Positions 59,499-64,000 of a DNA stretch of 64,000 bases are shown piece after piece. The notes beneath the pieces were generated by a model. The model was not told the origin of the DNA, searched no databases, and worked only from the letters and a program-made list of their open reading frames with translations. A program made the translations under genes and the position numbers. Source of the DNA: a virus; IMG/VR virus record IMGVR_UViG_3300046051_000044, positions 1,353 to 65,352 of that record; one strand, 5' to 3'. Numbering within the stretch: position 1 is the stretch's first letter; every line of letters starts with the position of its first letter.

Positions 59499-60914
59499 TT
59501 ACCCGTAGTAGGGATCGGCGGCCTCTTCGCTGATACGGATGTGGACTTCGTGGTAGTCCCAGGCGTCGCCGGGACGGTGGTGTAAAGTGCGGAGCTCTGA
59601 CTCGTAGCCCGTCGACTGACCGTCAAAGTCAGCCTCCTGCACTCGCTCGCGTGCCTCGCTGGGGACACTCTGGAGGATGCGCTGCCGGCCGACCGGAAGA
59701 CCAGACTCCCAACGCAGCTCTCGGAGTGACCGCTCGATGCGGTCGTCCTCGTCGTCTCGGTCGAAGATGTATCCGATTCCCGTTGCCCGGAGGTCACTGG
59801 CAATCCGCGACGCCGGCTTGTCCGAGACATGCACGCGGACCTCCGAGACGCCGGCAGCATCGCGCAGCACGTCGGTTACTGCCGCGGCGACGTGATAGGG
59901 GTTGTGAGCAGGCGCGTAGACCGTCCAGTCGCGGCTCCGTGCGTATCCCTCATTTTGGACCGCCGCCGAGAAATCTATCGGGATGCGGCCCCCCTCGCGC
60001 GTGACAACATCCGCTATCTCCGCCGTCAGCGGCGAGTCTGCATCGTCGCGCACGTAGACGCCGTCCCCGCGGGGGTCTTCGGGGTCGGCGTCGCGGTAGT
60101 CTCCGGTCGTCTCTGGCTGATAGGCTGGGAGCGGGTCGTCAGCGTCCCCGTCCTCGTAGAGATCGTCGTAGTCTCCCTGGTCAACAGCAAGGCGGCAGAG
60201 CCATTCAGTCCCGGTCGCCCCCCGCGCTCGCGTGGGAACCTGCGGCCGGATGCTAACGTACTGGATCGTGTCGCCGGTATATTCACTCCCGGTTTCCATC
60301 GTGACCCCGAGCAGTTGGTCATAGTGCGTTGACCGACCAGTGTGTGGCGTCCGAGCTTCATCGGCAGTCACGATTCGGCGCGTACCGTTGCGACTCGGTT
60401 CGTCGCCGGCGACGAGATCCCAATCCGTCTCATCGCCGCCGTCGGTCATAACGCCGCCATCGGCAACTGCAACTGACATGTCTTCTGCATCGGCACTGCC
60501 TTCAGTTTCGTTGTCGTCGTGGACACGCCCGTCGTGGACAGCAAGACCGTGTTCGCTGTCGAATTCGCCGCCGCATTCCTCGCACTCGTGGGTTTCGGGC
60601 TCGGGGTAGTAGCGTTCGGGGGTCTCCAGCGCGTCGTCGACGTTGTCCTGGTCAATCTCGACCAGCTCGCCCTCGTGGATGATCCAGTAGACGCGACCTT
60701 TTTCGTTGCCGGAGTGGCTGTAGTAGACACGCTCGATGATGTCGCCAGTCTCGACCGTGACGGTTTCCGTCCCCTGCCCGTAGGGGCTGACGAAATCCCG
60801 ATCAAGGTCGTACTGAGCGTCCGTGTCGGTGATTTCGGCAACCCACTGCTTGTTGCCTTTGTTGATCTCGATGGTCAGTTCGTCGCCGTCCAGAGTGACG
60901 TTGGGTGCAGCCAT
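59499..60914 (-). CDS. Multidomain hypothetical protein with C2H2 zinc finger
   Basis: CEECGGEFDSEHGLAVHDGRVH; acidic. Confidence 0.7.
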   Translation of the reverse strand: MAAPNVTLDGDELTIEINKGNKQWVAEITDTDAQYDLDRDFVSPYGQGTETVTVETGDIIERVYYSHSGNEKGRVYWIIHEGELVEIDQDNVDDALETPERYYPEPETHECEECGGEFDSEHGLAVHDGRVHDDNETEGSADAEDMSVAVADGGVMTDGGDETDWDLVAGDEPSRNGTRRIVTADEARTPHTGRSTHYDQLLGVTMETGSEYTGDTIQYVSIRPQVPTRARGATGTEWLCRLAVDQGDYDDLYEDGDADDPLPAYQPETTGDYRDADPEDPRGDGVYVRDDADSPLTAEIADVVTREGGRIPIDFSAAVQNEGYARSRDWTVYAPAHNPYHVAAAVTDVLRDAAGVSEVRVHVSDKPASRIASDLRATGIGYIFDRDDEDDRIERSLRELRWESGLPVGRQRILQSVPSEARERVQEADFDGQSTGYESELRTLHHRPGDAWDYHEVHIRISEEAADPYYG

Positions 60915-61167
60915 TGTGGTACTCCTCTGTTGCATTTGCTACTACAACACCCAACCACTTAACTCTTGTTGTATCTAGTGGTGCAACAGCAGAAGAGGGT
61001 TGGCACCGCGTAGGGGATCAGCGGCTGGCTGTGTGTCGCGTCGGTGCCTCCCATTTCCTTCGGCGTTTCCAACGGCGTCCAACGGGGGAAATCACAGGAC
61101 TGCGCGGCTTCCAACGGCCACGGAGAGCCGTTCCAACGGCGACGGGCGGCCGCGCCGTTGGAACCAG

Positions 61168-63999
61168 TCAGCGGGGGTGGTAGGTGGTCGGATCGGCGGC
61201 GTGGTCGCCGTCCTCTCTCCGGAGCGCGCCTTGGTCGACCAAGGCCGACAGCCAGTCCTGCATGGCTCGGCGCGACACGTCAAGCTTGGGATCGCCGCTG
61301 GCGGCCGCGAGATCCTGGGCTTCCTTGACGGACACGCCCGCGCCGGCGTCGGCCGCGCTGCGGAGGTGGTCGTAGAACCGCGCGGCCGTCGCCGGCACGT
61401 CAAGGTCGTCCGGCGCGGGAATCCCTCCGTCGTCCCCGGCCGGGTGGTCGCCGGCGTCCCGATCTCCGCCGCCGACCGCGTCGGCGGGGACCGTCATGTC
61501 GGTCCCGATCCGGAGCGACAGGTCGGCCAAGTCGTCGGCCCCCTCGGGAACCTCGAGGATCTCGGCGTGCGGATCGACGGCCCCCCCGTCAAGAGTGATC
61601 TCGGGGATGATCGGCTTCTTGACCGTCCTGTCCCCGCCCGACGGGTAGGAGTCGGCGTCGGTGAACACCGCTCCGGCGTCCTCGAAACGGGCGTGTTCGG
61701 TGCCACTCCCGTCGCGAAGGACGACGTCGCCCGTTTCCTCGTCTTTGATCCAGGCGTTCGACCGACCGCCGGGGCGCGTCATGGCCTCGCCGTCGACCCG
61801 CAAATCCCGCGGAGAGGTGTAGTAGCGCACCTCGCCATCGACGGGATGATCCGACCGGCAGAACGCCGGGTCCGCGCGAAGCGTGTCGGCGACGTTCGCC
61901 GCGTCGTCGGGGCGGGCGAGGACCACGGCCTGCCGGCCCTCGGTCGCCGCCTGGAGGACGTGCTGGGCGGTCATGCCGGCCTTGCTCCGCCCGGTCGAGT
62001 GCTCGGCTTCGAGCCGCGCGACGTCGCCGCCGGTCAGCTGCTCTACCAGGGCGGGCGCGTGCTGCTCCTCGGGGGGCGCGGGGCGGACGAGCGCGTCGGG
62101 GTCGTCGCCACTCGCGTCAAGGATTTCGACGTCGAGCCCGGCCCAGGCCAGCGGCGCGTAGGCGTCCCACAGCAGCAGGCCGTGGCCCGCGCCGCCGGCG
62201 CTTTGGTTCTCCCCGACGGTCGCGAGCGTCGCCCGCGGCGACGTTGCTCGGAGTTCCGGCCCTCCGTCGTGCTCTCGGATCTCGAGCAGGCCGTCGGGGA
62301 CGTGCTGCATGACCTGCCGCCACAGATCCCCGTCGGTCCCGAGGCGATCGGTGACGTCGTCGGGCGTCTCGTCCAGCGCGCTCACGCGGCGCACGACGGC
62401 GGGCCGGGCGTCGCCGAGGGGAACGAAGCCGTCCGGATTGCCAGTCCGACAGGCGGTATCGTAGATGCCTTGGACGGCCGCGCGTTCGACGGCGTCGGTG
62501 ATGTCGAGGCCGTCGCCCTGATCGCCCGCGGCGCCCGCGCCGTAGAAATGCGACTGGGCTTTCTGCTCCTCGGGGGACGACGGCCGTGTCCCATACCGTT
62601 TGACAGAGCGCTGTTTCAGCGCCTCGAGCTCGTCGTCGGTCATGCCGGGGTCGCCGGAGACGTCCGCGCGGGCCTCGGCGATCGGGGGGAAGGCGTCGAC
62701 CTTGTAGGAGTGGGTGAGCTCGTCGTCGGCGTCGCGGGTCCGCATGTAGAACTTGTACGGGCTCATATTGACGAGGTCCTCCCAGTCGACGCCCGGGGAG
62801 TGTTGCGCGGCGATCAGGCGCGCGTCGTCCTGCCCGCCGGGGTTGTAGGAGACGAACGTCTCGCATTGGTTTTCGATCGCTTTCTGCACCTGCTCGGGGA
62901 GCTGGTTCGACGGGTTCTGACAGGCGAGCGTCAGCGGGAAGTCGAACGCGCGCGCTTCCGACAGGATCCCGTGAATGTTCGACTCCTCGGTAACGATCGA
63001 GTCGAACTCGTCACAGACCACGTAAAAGGGAGGCGCGTCGTCGGCCGCCCGGACGGCGACCCACGCCCGGCGGATCAGCGCCGTCGCGAACAGCCGCTTT
63101 TCCGTCTCGCCCGACTGTGGCGCGTTCCGGACCACGAGGACCGTCCCGTCTTCGACGGCGTCTTGGATGGATACCGTCGACTCCCGGGCGCTAATCAGGT
63201 TCCGGATCGCGTCGTTCTGAAGCCATTGTTCCAGGCGTCCGGCCAGCGGCTCCAGCTCGCCCTCGTCCATCTCACTAATCTGCTCGGCGGTATCAGCGAT
63301 AAAGTGGATTCGCTCCTCGGTCATCCACTCGGCGAACCGATCCCGATTTTCCGGGGCCGTGCAACAGCAGGCGAGGTCGAGTAGCGTACAGGTCCGCCCG
63401 GAGCGGGCGAACCCGCGGATCAGCGTCCGGAGGACCCGATCCATCCGCGCGCCCCAATAGTTATCCTGGCCGCCGGCCTGTGCGGCCATCGCGACCAGGT
63501 CGTCCGCGAGCGCCTCGACGGCCGTGGAAAAGGCGCGAGAGCCCTGCTCGGCGTCGCCCGGCACCTCGAGGAAGTTAAACCGAACCTGCTGCTCGTAGTC
63601 GTCGGAGAGGTCGACAAAGACGAAGTCCTCCTCGTCGCGGTCTTCGGGCCACTCTCGAACGAACGCGTCGGCGTCCGTCCCCTTCGGGTCGAAGATCAGC
63701 GCGCCGTGGCCGCGCTGCATGATCTGTGAAACGAAGTTCGTGAGAAAGGTCGTCTTCCCGACGCCGGTCCCCCCGCCGACGAATTGGTGGGTCTTGAGGA
63801 TCGACGGCTCCACGCCAGCTTCGATCCCGTGGCGACTCCCGAAGCCATACCAGTAGGGGTCGCCGGGCGTCCCCTCGTCAAGCATGGCGACTTGCTGCAC
63901 GTCTCGGTCGGCGCCGGCGACCTCTGCCGCATCGAAGTCGAACCGCGGTGTGCCGGGCGGGATCCCCTCGCCCGGGCGGGAGAGCGACCACCGGAGCTT
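61168..63999 (-). CDS. VirD4/TrwB/TraD-like type IV coupling ATPase, 5'-partial
   Basis: Walker A GGTGVGKT; ALIFDPKG; Walker B VVCDEF; EARAFDFPLTLACQ; frame stays open to the window end. Confidence 0.85.
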   Translation of the reverse strand, partial: KLRWSLSRPGEGIPPGTPRFDFDAAEVAGADRDVQQVAMLDEGTPGDPYWYGFGSRHGIEAGVEPSILKTHQFVGGGTGVGKTTFLTNFVSQIMQRGHGALIFDPKGTDADAFVREWPEDRDEEDFVFVDLSDDYEQQVRFNFLEVPGDAEQGSRAFSTAVEALADDLVAMAAQAGGQDNYWGARMDRVLRTLIRGFARSGRTCTLLDLACCCTAPENRDRFAEWMTEERIHFIADTAEQISEMDEGELEPLAGRLEQWLQNDAIRNLISARESTVSIQDAVEDGTVLVVRNAPQSGETEKRLFATALIRRAWVAVRAADDAPPFYVVCDEFDSIVTEESNIHGILSEARAFDFPLTLACQNPSNQLPEQVQKAIENQCETFVSYNPGGQDDARLIAAQHSPGVDWEDLVNMSPYKFYMRTRDADDELTHSYKVDAFPPIAEARADVSGDPGMTDDELEALKQRSVKRYGTRPSSPEEQKAQSHFYGAGAAGDQGDGLDITDAVERAAVQGIYDTACRTGNPDGFVPLGDARPAVVRRVSALDETPDDVTDRLGTDGDLWRQVMQHVPDGLLEIREHDGGPELRATSPRATLATVGENQSAGGAGHGLLLWDAYAPLAWAGLDVEILDASGDDPDALVRPAPPEEQHAPALVEQLTGGDVARLEAEHSTGRSKAGMTAQHVLQAATEGRQAVVLARPDDAANVADTLRADPAFCRSDHPVDGEVRYYTSPRDLRVDGEAMTRPGGRSNAWIKDEETGDVVLRDGSGTEHARFEDAGAVFTDADSYPSGGDRTVKKPIIPEITLDGGAVDPHAEILEVPEGADDLADLSLRIGTDMTVPADAVGGGDRDAGDHPAGDDGGIPAPDDLDVPATAARFYDHLRSAADAGAGVSVKEAQDLAAASGDPKLDVSRRAMQDWLSALVDQGALRREDGDHAADPTTYHPR

Positions 64000-64000
64000 G

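Larger units (their letters stand above)
14545..60914. mobile_element. Haloarchaeal head-tail (siphovirus-type Caudoviricetes) virus/provirus; boundaries uncertain
   Basis: Complete head and long non-contractile tail module (no sheath gene seen), repressor, early ORFs; no integrase or att repeat identified. Confidence 0.8.

Noticed and set aside
61000-63384. Long antisense ORFs (e.g. 794 aa at 61000-63384, 425 aa at 3663-4940, 546 aa at 27506-29146)
   Set aside because: Shadow frames of real genes in high-GC DNA; Arg/Gly/Val-rich and lacking the acidic haloarchaeal composition.
1-64000. tRNA, rRNA, integrase or att direct repeats
   Set aside because: None recognised by eye; tRNAscan and repeat searches were not run.

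Overview
High-GC DNA with an acidic proteome, typical of Halobacteria, and entirely mobile in character. (1) 1-9.7 kb: a + strand cluster of secreted and membrane proteins around a HerA/FtsK/VirB4-fold ATPase. (2) 9.8-14.5 kb: a resolvase remnant, then an intact TnpB/Cas12f-like RuvC nuclease gene. A ~360-nt highly structured non-coding region is transcribed divergently from it, followed by a type I-B-like leader and a 38-repeat CRISPR array. No cas1/2/3/5/6/7/8 gene lies in the window. Every repeat ends in G where the canonical haloarchaeal repeat ends in C. (3) 14.5-18.4 kb: two DNA methyltransferase-like genes, a wHTH regulator and a solo Cas4-like nuclease. (4) 18.5-47 kb: a complete haloarchaeal siphovirus-type morphogenesis operon on the - strand (terS, terL, portal, MuF, protease/scaffold, MCP, neck, tail tube, chaperones with a -1 frameshift site, tape measure, tail-tip and fibre proteins, a beta-helix enzyme). 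(5) 47-61 kb: small viral early and regulatory genes, including a phiH1-like repressor and an HNH-MCM winged-helix fusion. (6) 61-64 kb: a VirD4/TrwB-like coupling ATPase. Main result: four spacers match tail genes in this same window (36/36, 35/36, 33/36, 33/35), each with a 5' TTC PAM. The repeat's variant 3' end (GAAGG) is complementary to a hairpin loop (CCUUC) in the structured RNA next to the nuclease. Together these suggest a compact TnpB-derived CRISPR effector that uses a type I-B-type array. All assignments are by-eye motif recognition; no database searches were run.
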